From positions 6,324,001 to 6,388,000 of the forward strand of contig JANJGN010000034.1 of the NCBI GenBank assembly GCA_026770705.1: a stretch of 64,000 nt of DNA, written 5' to 3'. This document shows, piece after piece, positions 55,601-63,860 of the stretch. This stretch comes from Isurus oxyrinchus. Lineage: Eukaryota. The notes beneath the pieces were generated by a model that did no database searches, was not told where the DNA came from, and worked only from the letters and a program-made list of their open reading frames with translations. Made by a program: the position numbers and the translations under genes. Every line of letters begins with the position of its first letter. Within the stretch, counting starts at the first letter, position 1.

Positions 55601-58600
55601 TTTAAATTCAAGGAATAAATCGGAAACATAAAGCTTGCCTCAGTGATGGTGACCATGAAAATATCATTGATTGCTTTTAAACCCACCTGTTTCACTAATG
55701 TTATTTCTTGAAGGAAATCTGACATCCCAACTTATTCTGCTTGATGGCCATGGTCCTGAAGTCGCGCAGGAGTGGAAAAATCTCCCATCAAGAACCTTCT
55801 TCAGTTCTAGCACCTCTGCCAGGTTAACACTGGACCTTATCACTTATATGGAAAAAAAAAAAAACACCTGCTTATTCAATCTATCCGTGGCAGTTCTCTA
55901 AGATGAACAGCCTCTGGCAATTAGTAATGTCACCAGCTCCGTTTTGCTTTCGTTATTGTCAACCATTTTTCCACTAGCCTGGTGCCTCCAGATATATTTA
56001 ATAGACCGCAATGTTTTGCATTTATAACAACATATATGCAGAACATAACTGCGGGCAGTAATCCACTTGTGTCTAACCAATGCACCTGTAAGCAAGCTTT
56101 TTACAAGGCAGAGAATGTGCAATCGAACCAATGTCAGTCGAGCATAAAAAATTTCACGGCATTCCAAGAGAATGCATCCTGGTGTTTCTGGAGGCCTCAA
56201 CTGTGCACATTATTCCCTGTGTCCCGAGGTACTGTAATGCTTATTTCACAATTATCCAGGGATTGGATAACCATGGGAAATGAAGGCAAAACTGTGCACA
56301 GTGCACTAAATGACATCTCGTTTATCGGAATGAGCACTGTCCAGGTACCCAAATTGTATGGAGACTAGAACTAGGCAGAGCACGCTAAGTTGTTTATTTT
56401 GTCTGAAGATCAGGATTATGCTCATAATTTCGAGTGTTATCTAAATAATAGATATGTAGCGTAGAAAAGTATGTAGTGCTCTCTATGTTCTCTCAAAAAT
56501 TATATGGGATCAAATTCTACATTTATGTTTGTGTGATCTGTCTAAGGCGTTCATGTGCTAAAACTTTTTGATAAACCTATAAGCGCTGGCTAACTGAGAA
56601 TTTATGCAAGATTTTGCTGAAAGCGCACCCTGTGTTACCCTATAATTTGTATTTGACTCCTTGTTGGAAAATGGCTTTAATGCAAAATGGGGACATAATG
56701 CCAACCAGCCTTTATTAATTAAACAGTGTCTCAGAAGAGCTTCCTTTTCTTTTTAGAGAAAGATTTGGAAGAAAAAGACTTGGGTAAAAACGAAATACGT
56801 TATATAAATTTTATGCTTGCTTTCCAACGACTCATTGTTGTTTACTTTATATGAGATGTAGACTAGGGTAAAAAATTTAAAAGCCAACTGCTAAACACCA
56901 CAAGCTAATGGATTGTATTTGGCGCTTTCCACAGAACTCCAGAAACTGAAGGAAGCAGGGAAAATTGGAGGTTGGTAAAATGTATTTTTGAATGTTTTCC
57001 AAGATTGTGAGGGACATTATGAAGAGAATCAAGCATGTCAATACTGTGATATTAATCTTGCTAATCACTGATCTCGACATTTTCTTTATTAGATCCATCT
57101 ATTGGAAAACTGCTGGCAAGGCCAACATTTATTTCCCACCACTAATCACCCTTGAGAAGATGCTGATGCTTTTCCTTGTAATGCTGCAGTCTTGTGGAGA
57201 CAATTTTCGCAGGTGCTACTGGAAAGCTGATTACAGGATTCCAAACCAAGTGACAATGAGGAAGCAAATATGTTACAACCGCAGGATGGCCAGTGATAGG
57301 GAGCGGACATTGTTCTTGTTGTTTTTTTCCAAGTAACTGATGCCCTTGTCCGTCCACAATGTAGAAATACCATCTTTGGAAAATGTTCAAAATTCCTTGG
57401 CGATTCTCTGCCTTGCCTTTTAAGGCGACAGGCACTGCAGGTGACCTGCACTGGTCGCATTGCAAATTTTTGTTTGACGTTTTAATTTCATGTCTTCTTG
57501 TTCTTCATATATTTCATCACCAGGAGGATATTATCTCTCCATTTCTGCCTACCAGTTCTCTTAACATTTAAAAACACCTCGACTACATCAAAGTTACTTA
57601 TTCCATTATAAATGTATCCAAGTTTGGGCAACCTGTCCTCAGAGGTAAATCACCAGAATCTCATATGTAGGTTTCCCATCTTTCTATGTCGCTTCGTGGA
57701 CTGAGCATTATTTTGGTTTAACCACCTTTAATAAATGTCGACTAATGTTCTGAATGGAAAATTAAAGATGAGTTGAGAGAGGCGCCAAAACTGGTTCCAG
57801 CTTCTGTCTCAGGTAACACGTTGAAAACCCTTGTCATATCAAAGATTGTCCAATGAAACATTATTTGGGAGAATTTTGTAAAGAAAAAAAACCTTGTGTT
57901 CTAATTGATTATTCTTTCTTTATATGAGGAACAGAAGCTGAGAACTGCGCCGATAATGAAGGTATCATCATTTGTGAGATATGGGGTTCGAAGTGGATTT
58001 TTGCTTTTCAACTATGCACAGTTTTATTTTCCAGCAGATGTGATCAGCTAAATAAATGCAAGTTTCTGTGCACGTCTCTCTCAGGCCCTCTCAAACCTTC
58101 TGCAAGAATGACTTAAGAAGAAAAGAGTGATCCCAATTGTGATTGCCTCTCTCACCAGCTCACGGATTTCAAAAGTAATTTGCAGCTAATTAAATCTCCT
58201 TGGTGTCAACGCTCTTGTAGGCAAAAAAGCAGCTCTATCAAATCATCAAATGTAAGCTCGCCCCAGCAGCAATGTATAGCGGCTGCATTAGCCATTTTTT
58301 TACTGGTAGAATTTTGAGAGATTGTGGTACAGGATATTACGGAGGACGCTCACCCCCCACCCCCCTCCCCCCGGCTCAAGGTCCATGGGACTCATGGGGC
58401 CTGGTGCCTTCAACCAAAGTAGCAGACTAAACCTCAGTTCAACATTTCTTCTGAAAGAAGTTCCCATCTACTTGACTGTATAGGGAATAAGGGGTTGCAT
58501 TTTCTCTACTGGGAGTCGACCTACTTGCATGACTGCTGCTCATAATATCTATAGTTGCTCAGATCTTCAATTCCTTAAACCTTTGGCGTGTCCTTGTCGC

Positions 58601-61600
58601 ACGTGATTCATCCTACCAATGCTTTCAAAACCATCACTATTGATGTTACCTGCGGCAGGTTTGTGGTCAAACGACTGTTCATTATCCTAAATATGTAGCC
58701 AATAAACCAAAACTTTTACCATAGCTTGTGATTCCCATTTCTTCTAGAACTTCAAATGCTCCGGCAGAAATACAGTTGAGTATTCATTTCTATTATTGTA
58801 CTATTCCTGCAGAATTGTGTTCATTCTTTCCCACATAAATGGAGACAGTCCTCGAAATACCTGCCTCTGAGCATATTCTGGGTAATGGATTCAGGATTGC
58901 ACGGAAAGTTGCTGCTGGTAGCTGTTGAAGCACTCAATAGGAGCAGTGTCTTAGTAAAACTGCCCAAGGAGAAAACTGAGTGAATGTATGTGCGAGTGGT
59001 GTAGGGAGGGGTGGTGGGGGGTGGAGAGGGGGGAGCGAGTTGGTCTATTGTAAGACACAATTTCGATGCCGCCCTATTCTGCCTCTCCAAGCCTTTAGAA
59101 GGGCTTGCAAGCCAGCATTTACTGTCTTGCTGTTGACTTCTGAACATTCAAAGTGGCACCAAAATCACTACGATTTATGTTAGTGCAACATCGAATAGAC
59201 TCAGGGTTCAGGAGTTCTGATTCTTTTAAAATACATTTCATTCATATAATTTGCAAAAGTATATTCAAAAAGTATTCGACTTGCAATTTTAAGAAACTAC
59301 AATGAAATTCAACTTGTCACCATACAGTAAGTTCCATTCTTAGATGCCTCACGGCATTGCAATACTCCTCATATGCACAATGCACATTCCATGAAGGCAT
59401 TCAGCCCAAAGGCAGAAGAATTGAAATTAAAAATTAAAGAAAGTGCGATACAATTTAACACCCCTCCATACAGTATTCTACAGCCCACTGTGCCTCATAA
59501 CATTTGTAGTAGTCTTGATATTTGCACAATGCATTCCATGTTACATATACATCATAAAAGATTTAACACAATTTCCAGACTCTCCATGTACTATGGCAGA
59601 ACGGGCCTAGACAGCAACATTTCACCAATGCATGCTGCACCAAGCTGTCCTGCATACCTCAGCGCAGAAACTTTGACATGTCGCAGTCTGCAACGCTCGG
59701 TGAAGTACAATACTTTGCACCAGCATGTTTTGAGCATACAAAATATAGCATTTCGCCCCGTTGATGGTCCTTTTATAACCACCGACCTGATAGAATGTCC
59801 TCGTACCTTTAAAAGCATCGACTGGTCACCATTCAACATTCTCTCATCTAAATGTAAGACGTCAAATGCATTCAGACTGATTCTGTTCCCTTCTTCAACC
59901 TGCCCAGCGTCTGTAGCATATCAAAACCACACCCACCCCACATCCCCAAAACCCAATTACATTAAGAATGTATTTTTTTTTCCCGAAGAGTCTCTTCAAT
60001 TCAATAGGAGAATGGAAGGTGACCACATTCAAAGACAAGCATTGTTACAGGGCTCGAGAGATTAGATGCAGAAAGGATCTTTGCCCTGGCTGGGGGTCTA
60101 CAACGAATTATCGCAGTCCCAAAATAAGAGGCAAGTCATTTTGGACCAAAATGAAGAGTAATGTCTTCACTCAGAGGGTGGTAAGTTTGGAAATCTCTCC
60201 ACCAGTTGGGGCTCAGTAGTTAAGTATGTCCAAGAATGTGATGGAATTCTGCATATTAAAACATCAAAGGTTTTGGTGACTGCACTGGAAAATAATACTG
60301 AGATACCAGATTAGGCATAAACTCATTGAATGGAGGAATGGGGTGAAATGGCTCATTGGTGAAATCTTGCCCCTGATTATTATGTATTGATGGGCTACCG
60401 TTCTCTGTTTCTCTCCATCTCCATAGTTGATGCCTGTATCAAACTTCTAGGTAAGCTTGAACAGATTTTAACAAATGTCATCACTTGGCAAATAATTTGA
60501 ATTTTCCGTCTTTGATATCCATCATTTGGCATCTCATTCCTTGAGAGCAGTTGCAATTAGCAATCCCATTAGTCTTCCTTCCCTGTTCTTCTCCCGGGGC
60601 ACTAATGCATTTTTTTTTTCGAATGTTCATCTAAATTCCCTTTTCAAAGGTATAATTCAAACTTCCTTTAAAGCAAAATGTTCCAATTCCTAAGGACTGA
60701 CAATAAGACACACAGCCACAAATCTCCACATTTGAACTTCAGTAGATTACCTTTACTGCACAGCAGTCGTTAACCACATCTCCTGCAACTGGAAACAATT
60801 TCTGCTGAGGTGCTTCATATAACAAGGAGAAGGATTTATATTTCCCTAGTGGTTTTCAAAAACAGCAAGGAATTTCTAAATGCCCTTCAAAACCATTATT
60901 TTTTTTGAAGTGCCGTGCTAAAATGCCACGCCCTTAACTAATGTTGCAAGTCAGAAAAAGCAGCAGAAAATGTCTTCAACATAGGAAGATACCAATTTTA
61001 AAAAAAAGATTTTTTTTTTCTGTTTACCGATGTTCATTAAGGGATAATTGTTGGTTGCAATACCAACTCAGTCCTCCCCTCTGAATAGCGCTCTGGGCTC
61101 ACTTATAATCTCCCCCAGTTGACAGATGGGGCACTGACATTACAACTCGTGTGAAAAAACATAATTATGGCAATTCAGCTTTCCTTCAGCAGTGGCCACA
61201 GATGGCTGCATATTCATCTGTCTTCTGGCAGTGCTTAAATCAAAAAAATTCTGAAGCCAAATCTGATAAAGGTAGCACTGACACACAGAACACACATCTG
61301 TTCAACCCCCCATACAGCCCGACACATTCTGTCTTGAAGCATTCGAAAGCACACAATTTAAAGTGAACAAATAAATGTTGCGATGCAATACTGTAGGGTT
61401 GAATATCACAGTTCCACTGAAGACAACGGGATAGATATGAAGCACGAGTACAAGGACAATACACTGTATAATGAAATCAAAAGTGGAGATAAATATTCTG
61501 CAACTATTTAGTGGATCAATGATTCCCCTGTTGCCACGGAGGTGATGTCCATTTCTGAAGAAAAGTACTCAACCGGACACCATAAATATGCGCCCTTATT

Positions 61601-61891
61601 ACCACGGGAGCTGAAAGGCCTGCAGAGTGTTTCCAGCGCCTTCCGTTCTCTTTTTTTCATGTTAACTTTGTTCATTTGCTGTCAAATAGGCGATGGTTAA
61701 TCTGCCTACAGTGCTGTGCAGCGCCCCAAAACTTCCCACAGATTCAGTGAGGGTACATTGGCTAATGGTATAAATTAAACATTGGCCGAGAAAAGATAGA
61801 ACTCTGTCTGTTTTGGATTAAATTGTTATTCAACTCAATCATAAATCCTCTTCCCATTTAGAGCTTGAGGACAAGCTACGAAATGCCGGAG
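1657..61891 (+). CDS. Partial multi-microexon gene encoding a long heptad-repeat coiled coil (>=25 exons); family unresolved (butyrophilin/BG-like tail or CD23-like stalk are candidates)
   Basis: 25 exons of 24-36 nt with AG acceptors and GT/GC donors, all phase 1-1, splice into an open frame: x[173 protein letters not shown] (gap?) [75 protein letters not shown]. No start or final stop identified. Confidence 0.85.
2129..2167 (+). ncRNA. Minimal hammerhead ribozyme motif (CUGUCGA variant)
   Basis: AGTT-CTGTCGA-T-GGGTC-ATGAG-GACTC-GAAAC-GTC-AACT. Confidence 0.6.
2129..2230 (+). mobile_element. Penelope-like terminal repeat fragment
   Basis: Matches the terminus of the GIY-YIG-bearing element at 39995-40850 in reverse orientation. 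Confidence 0.8.
2290..3520. mobile_element. Cluster of CR1 LINE fragments (+ 3' end, + RT fragment, - 3' end)
   Basis: Degenerate WI..WL..RKQR-type RT motif at ~2910-2950; FYFYTEV...[13 protein letters not shown] on -; attctatgattcta tail at ~2680. Confidence 0.65.
3960..4680 (+). mobile_element. CR1 LINE 3' fragment
   Basis: ttggttaggccacacgtagagta (LVRPHLEY-like); EER...LRG..IE region; typical tail. Confidence 0.75.
4970..5130. repeat. (CT)n/(CA)n microsatellite mix
   Basis: Visible dinucleotide runs. Confidence 0.85.
6101..6136 (+). CDS. Microexon, 36 nt ([12 protein letters not shown])
   Basis: aatcccccag|AATGCC...ACTAAAG|gtatct. Confidence 0.75.
7790..8230 (-). mobile_element. Old Penelope-like terminal remnant
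   Basis: Degenerate match to the 39995-40500 terminus. Confidence 0.55.
8972..8998 (+). CDS. Microexon, 27 nt (DLALAKKDK), GC donor
   Basis: ttgttcctgttag|ACCTTG...GACAAAG|gcgagt; peptide resembles exon 16398. Confidence 0.75.
9780..10095 (+). mobile_element. 3' tail of an abundant non-LTR retroelement; related copies at ~6560-7330, 20430-20765, 21050-22170, 33470-33770, 39550-39895, 42320-42725
   Basis: Shared tail ...caagggcaattaggga..aataaatgctggcc..ccac..ccc..aa recurs across the window. Confidence 0.75.
10469..10504 (+). CDS. Microexon, 36 nt ([12 protein letters not shown])
   Basis: tttccctaacag|AATTAG...GACTGTG|gtgagt; near-duplicate of exon 17452. Confidence 0.88.
13278..13333 (+). 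repeat. (CAT)n microsatellite
   Basis: catcattatcatcatcatcatcatcatc...; source of the poly-I/poly-M ORFs. Confidence 0.9.
13675..13701 (+). CDS. Microexon, 27 nt (EESVSTQNK)
   Basis: ttgcccattacag|AGGAAA...AACAAAG|gtaagc. Confidence 0.8.
15092..15127 (+). CDS. Microexon, 36 nt ([12 protein letters not shown])
   Basis: ttccttccctgaag|ACATTC...GATCAAG|gtgagc. Confidence 0.85.
16398..16424 (+). CDS. Microexon, 27 nt (EQEMAKKDK)
   Basis: ttattcctattag|AACAAG...GACAAAG|gtaata. Confidence 0.85.
17452..17487 (+). CDS. Microexon, 36 nt ([12 protein letters not shown])
   Basis: ctctttccccaag|AACTGG...GACTGTG|gtgagc. Confidence 0.88.
17560..17930 (+). mobile_element. CR1 LINE 3' end
   Basis: [18 protein letters not shown]...RGYKFNVRG; ttttacccagagggtagtg (FTQRVV). 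Confidence 0.85.
19010..19390 (+). mobile_element. CR1 LINE 3' end
   Basis: FFIQTVVGF...[13 protein letters not shown]. Confidence 0.75.
23141..23167 (+). CDS. Microexon, 27 nt (EGKIKLQAN)
   Basis: tttttgttcacgcag|AAGGAA...GCGAATG|gtgcgt. Confidence 0.78.
25660..25735. repeat. (CT)n/(ATCT)n microsatellite
   Basis: Visible runs. Confidence 0.85.
26395..26430 (+). CDS. Microexon, 36 nt ([12 protein letters not shown])
   Basis: tctgcattccag|AATTGA...GAATTAG|gtaaga. Confidence 0.85.
27112..27138 (+). CDS. Microexon, 27 nt (ESKLKNMEK)
   Basis: tttttcatccacag|AATCGA...GAGAAGG|gtattt. Confidence 0.8.
27480..31160 (+). mobile_element. Long degenerate CR1 LINE ORF2 (endonuclease to 3' tail) with nested insertions
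   Basis: VGEFN (GDFN), [15 protein letters not shown] (PGPD..HP), [44 protein letters not shown]; interrupted at ~28090-28590 and ~28950-29140. Confidence 0.85.
28950..29140. mobile_element. Inverted pair of Penelope-like terminal repeats with a decayed hammerhead (29017-29056, -)
   Basis: aaacaaaaacagaattatctggaaaa is mirrored by ttttccaggtaattctgtttttgtttt; core CTGTCGA with GAAA changed to AAAA. Confidence 0.75.
31345..31710 (+). mobile_element. CR1 LINE 3' end
   Basis: [18 protein letters not shown]...ENLWN..; aatggcctactcctgctcct tail. Confidence 0.8.
35240..38490 (+). mobile_element. Long degenerate CR1 LINE ORF2
   Basis: [70 protein letters not shown]; 3' tail at ~38490. Confidence 0.9.
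35725..36530 (-). mobile_element. Younger CR1 3' portion inserted antisense into the older CR1
   Basis: VIHFGRSN...[11 protein letters not shown]; [18 protein letters not shown]...[31 protein letters not shown]. Confidence 0.9.
39244..39279 (+). CDS. Microexon, 36 nt ([12 protein letters not shown])
   Basis: cttctaattccag|ATGGAG...GACTTGG|gtaggt. Confidence 0.8.
39995..40850 (-). mobile_element. Penelope-like element 3' part: GIY-YIG endonuclease remnant plus terminal repeat
   Basis: [35 protein letters not shown] / [18 protein letters not shown]...[26 protein letters not shown] with a frameshift; decayed hammerhead at 40055-40095 (CTGTTGA). Confidence 0.92.
41144..41170 (+). CDS. Microexon, 27 nt (ENKLKEKVK)
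   Basis: cctctcaacag|AAAATA...GTGAAAG|gtaaat. Confidence 0.82.
41283..41309 (+). CDS. Microexon, 27 nt (ELESKVPFE)
   Basis: cttgttttttag|AACTGG...TTTGAAG|gtgagc; 112-nt intron after exon 41144. Confidence 0.82.
41550..41910 (-). mobile_element. Penelope-like terminal fragment
   Basis: High similarity to 39995-40290. Confidence 0.85.
41646..41684 (-). ncRNA. Minimal hammerhead ribozyme motif (CUGUCGA variant)
   Basis: Reverse complement AGTT-CTGTCGA-A-GGGTC-ATGAG-GACTC-GAAAC-GTC-AATA. Confidence 0.6.
42930..42956 (+). CDS. Microexon, 27 nt (DEAIREKNE)
   Basis: pyrimidine tract...gagaaacag|ATGAGG...AATGAAG|gtaata; an in-frame acceptor 6 nt upstream is also possible. Confidence 0.78.
43726..43761 (+). 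CDS. Microexon, 36 nt ([12 protein letters not shown])
   Basis: ttttctctctccag|AAATTG...GCAGCAG|gtcaga. Confidence 0.85.
44365..44598 (-). pseudogene. H4: Histone H4 pseudogene, 5'-truncated (residues ~26-102), two in-frame stops
   Basis: Minus strand reads [75 protein letters not shown]. This aligns without gaps to H4 [77 protein letters not shown]. Stops at 44521-44523 and 44395-44397. Confidence 0.95.
44599..45000 (-). mobile_element. Non-LTR retroelement 3' fragment (same family as 9780-10095) abutting the H4 pseudogene
   Basis: [15 protein letters not shown] / [16 protein letters not shown]...[16 protein letters not shown]; last ~90 nt of the family tail absent. Confidence 0.7.
45472..45498 (+). 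CDS. Microexon, 27 nt (EEKLAKLMK), GC donor
   Basis: aatgaacag|AGGAGA...ATGAAAG|gcaagt, the consensus GC donor. Confidence 0.75.
45950..46520 (+). mobile_element. Degenerate CR1 ORF1 (esterase-like) remnant
   Basis: tttggttcatgggacactggcaccaa reads WFMGHWHQ, resembling CR1 ORF1. Confidence 0.5.
47590..48025 (+). mobile_element. CR1 LINE 3' end
   Basis: [25 protein letters not shown]; FTQ; typical tail. Confidence 0.8.
48857..48895 (-). ncRNA. Minimal hammerhead ribozyme with canonical core, in a Penelope terminal fragment (~48795-49080)
   Basis: Reverse complement AGTT-CTGATGA-A-GGGTT-ATACA-GACTC-GAAAC-GTT-AACT; stems I and II pair; stem III is palindromic. Confidence 0.7.
49670..51245. 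mobile_element. Cluster of old Penelope-like terminal remnants (two -, one +)
   Basis: Repeats of ggaaa..cag..ggtct..catctgtggagagagaaacag..ttaa; reverse copy at ~51140-51245. Confidence 0.6.
51330..52340 (-). mobile_element. Degenerate PIF/Harbinger-like DNA transposon remnant
   Basis: GC-richer block; [18 protein letters not shown] and SR..I..IIG...LP...VT.L resemble HARBI1-type transposase N-terminus (recognised from memory). Confidence 0.5.
52914..52943 (+). CDS. Tentative microexon, 30 nt ([10 protein letters not shown]); not counted in the 25
   Basis: tttctaattcataaag|TGAATA...AGTATAG|gtgacg; phase 1-1; lies where a second-type exon is expected. Confidence 0.35.
53140..53645 (+). mobile_element. 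CR1 LINE 3' end
   Basis: cacttcacactcggttctgg; [11 protein letters not shown]. Confidence 0.7.
54188..54214 (+). CDS. Microexon, 27 nt (EEQLRKKMI)
   Basis: ctataattacag|AGGAAC...ATGATTG|gtaaga. Confidence 0.82.
55452..55478 (+). CDS. Microexon, 27 nt (ELEHLKVKC)
   Basis: tgtgtatctag|AACTTG...AAGTGCC|gtaagt. Confidence 0.78.
56757..56783 (+). CDS. Microexon, 27 nt (QKDLEEKDL)
   Basis: ccttttctttttag|AGAAAG...GACTTGG|gtaaaa. Confidence 0.82.
56935..56970 (+). CDS. Microexon, 36 nt ([12 protein letters not shown])
   Basis: gctttccacag|AACTCC...ATTGGAG|gttggt. Confidence 0.82.
57935..57961 (+). CDS. Microexon, 27 nt (EAENCADNE)
   Basis: pyrimidine tract...gaggaacag|AAGCTG...AATGAAG|gtatca; flanks resemble exon 42930. 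Confidence 0.72.
58748..58774 (+). CDS. Microexon, 27 nt (ELQMLRQKY)
   Basis: catttcttctag|AACTTC...AAATACA|gttgag; weak donor, but the peptide matches the series. Confidence 0.68.
59215..59960 (-). mobile_element. L1/Tx1-clade LINE 3' end, degenerate
   Basis: [17 protein letters not shown]...[10 protein letters not shown] resembles the ORF2 C-terminus; AT-rich 3' UTR follows. Confidence 0.65.
60040..60390 (+). mobile_element. CR1 LINE 3' end
   Basis: [23 protein letters not shown]. Confidence 0.8.
60427..60450 (+). CDS. Microexon, 24 nt (IDACIKLL)
   Basis: tctccatctccatag|TTGATG...CTTCTAG|gtaagc. Confidence 0.72.
   Translation: MMPVSNF
61862..61891 (+). CDS. Microexon, 30 nt ([10 protein letters not shown])
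   Basis: cttcccatttag|AGCTTG...GCCGGAG|gtagga. Confidence 0.78.
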
Positions 61892-62604
61892 GTAGGACTG
61901 AATCCTGTCCAATTTGGTCTCAAATCCTTATGCCTGTGCAATAGAAACGGAAGGACAGGAAGAGAATGATTCACTCCCGGAGTTCGTTTGGTCCCTAACA
62001 ATGTTGGGTCAATGGATCAACACCTCTCCATCCAAGCTTTAGTTCCACCCACATTGCACATCTTTTTGTATCATTGAATAGAAGAAGTTCTTTCAATTTC
62101 TGATTTAAAGATCTTAAATGAAAATATTTTTATAAGGATGTGTAGGAGGGAAACACACCACATAGCCCAATTAGTTTGTGTTGGTGTTTTGGTACAACAC
62201 GAACTTGAGCCAATTCTATCTGCCTCAAAAAGTAAGCTTTGTTTGCCTTTCTACGCAAACAATTTCCTTACAAATCCGCAATGAAAATCATCAGGTTACA
62301 TTTGACATTGAAGTGCAAACGAAACTGCAATTCATTTTCGTCATTTAACAGTTGGAACCCTGGCCCCACCCACCACCCCCCTCCCCTCACCTCCACCATT
62401 CGATCGAATATGTGCTGTCCTGCTCCACAGATATAATCACAGAATCCAGCACAGAAGTAGTACTTTGGGCTCCTGCCAGCACTCTGAAAAGGCAAATAAG
62501 CCAGTCCCCATTTTCCCCCCTTTACTCAGTACCTCTGCAAATTTGATCAAATTCCTAAATATGATATTTGAAGCGACTTCCACCAATTGCTCAATCAATA
62601 AAAG

Positions 62605-63860
62605 AATGTGAGTAGAGCAGTGGAGACACAGGAGAAAAGAGAGTGAAGCGAGCGGCAGAGAGACAGAATAAAAGAGAGAGTGGAGAGTGTCAGAGACAGA
62701 GGATAAAATAGTGTGAGGAGAGCCGAGAAGACACAGGATTAAAAAACACGAGGAGAGCTGGGGAGACACAGGGTAAAAGAGTGCCAGGAGAGCCGAGAAG
62801 ACGCAGGATAAAAGAGCAAAGGAGAGCAAGACAGAGGATAAAAGAGCGCCAGGAGAGCGAGACACGGGATGAAAGAGTGCAAAGAGAGCGCTGGAGACGC
62901 AGGCTAAAAGAGAGGGGAGACAGCAGCGGAGACATAGGATAAAGGAGCACAAAGAGAGTGGCGGAGACACAGGATGAAAGAGCACAAAGAGAGTGGAAGA
63001 GACACAGGATAAAAGAGCGCGAGGAGAGTGGAGGAGACACAGGATAAAAGAACGTGAGGGGAACAGGGAGACAAGATAAAACAATGTGAGGAGAGCAACG
63101 GAAATACAGGGTAAAAGAGTGCAGTGAGATCCGCGACAACAAATAAAAGCACGCGAGGAAAGCAGCGGAGTCACAGGATAATAGAGCGCAGGGAGAGCGG
63201 AAATGTGGATAAGGGAGCATGAGCAGAGCCGTGGAGACACAGGATGGAAGACTGCGAGCAGAGTGATGGAGACACAAGATGAATGGGCGCGAGGAGAACG
63301 GGGGCACAGCATAAAAGAATGCAAGGAGAGCGATGGAGATACATAGTAAAAGAGTGCAAGGAGAGCCAAGACACTGAATAAAAGCACGCAAGGAAAGCAG
63401 CGGAGTCACAGGTTAAAAGAGTGCCAGGAGATCGGAAACATGATTAAGAGAGCGTGAGCAGAGCATTGGAGACACACGATAAAGGAGAGCAAGGAGAGTG
63501 AAGACACAGGGTAAAAGGGAGTGGCGGAGGCACAGGATAAAAGAGTGCACGGTGAGCAGAGGAGACACAGCGTAAAAAAGGGTGAGGAGATTGGCAGAGA
63601 CACAGGATGAAAGATTGCGAGTAGAGCCGTGGCGACAAAGGATAAAAGACTGCAAAGTGAGCAGGGACACAAGATAAAAGCGTGCGTGGAGTGTGGAGAC
63701 ACAGGACAAAAGAGCGCGAGGAAAGCAGCAGAGTCAGAGGATAACAGAGCACCAGGAGAGTGGAAGCACAGGTTGCAAGAGTACTATGAGAGCAGAAAGA
63801 CAGGGTAAAAGAACGCGAGGAGTGCGGTGGAGACACAGGATTAAAGAGGGCGAGGAGAGT
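62605..63860 (+). repeat. Purine-rich minisatellite, ~35-bp unit, roughly 35-37 diverged copies
   Basis: Consensus ~GGAGACACAGGATAAAAGAGCGCGAGGAGAGYRGY; gacacaggat at 62966, 63001, 63036. Confidence 0.95.

Noticed and set aside
59373-60065. 230-aa + strand ORF
   Set aside because: Antisense to an L1/Tx1-like LINE 3' end; no recognisable domain.
62437-63836. Long hydrophobic - strand ORFs (up to 316 aa); superficial CRISPR-like periodicity
   Set aside because: Translation of a minisatellite, open in several frames; contiguous units with no unique spacers.
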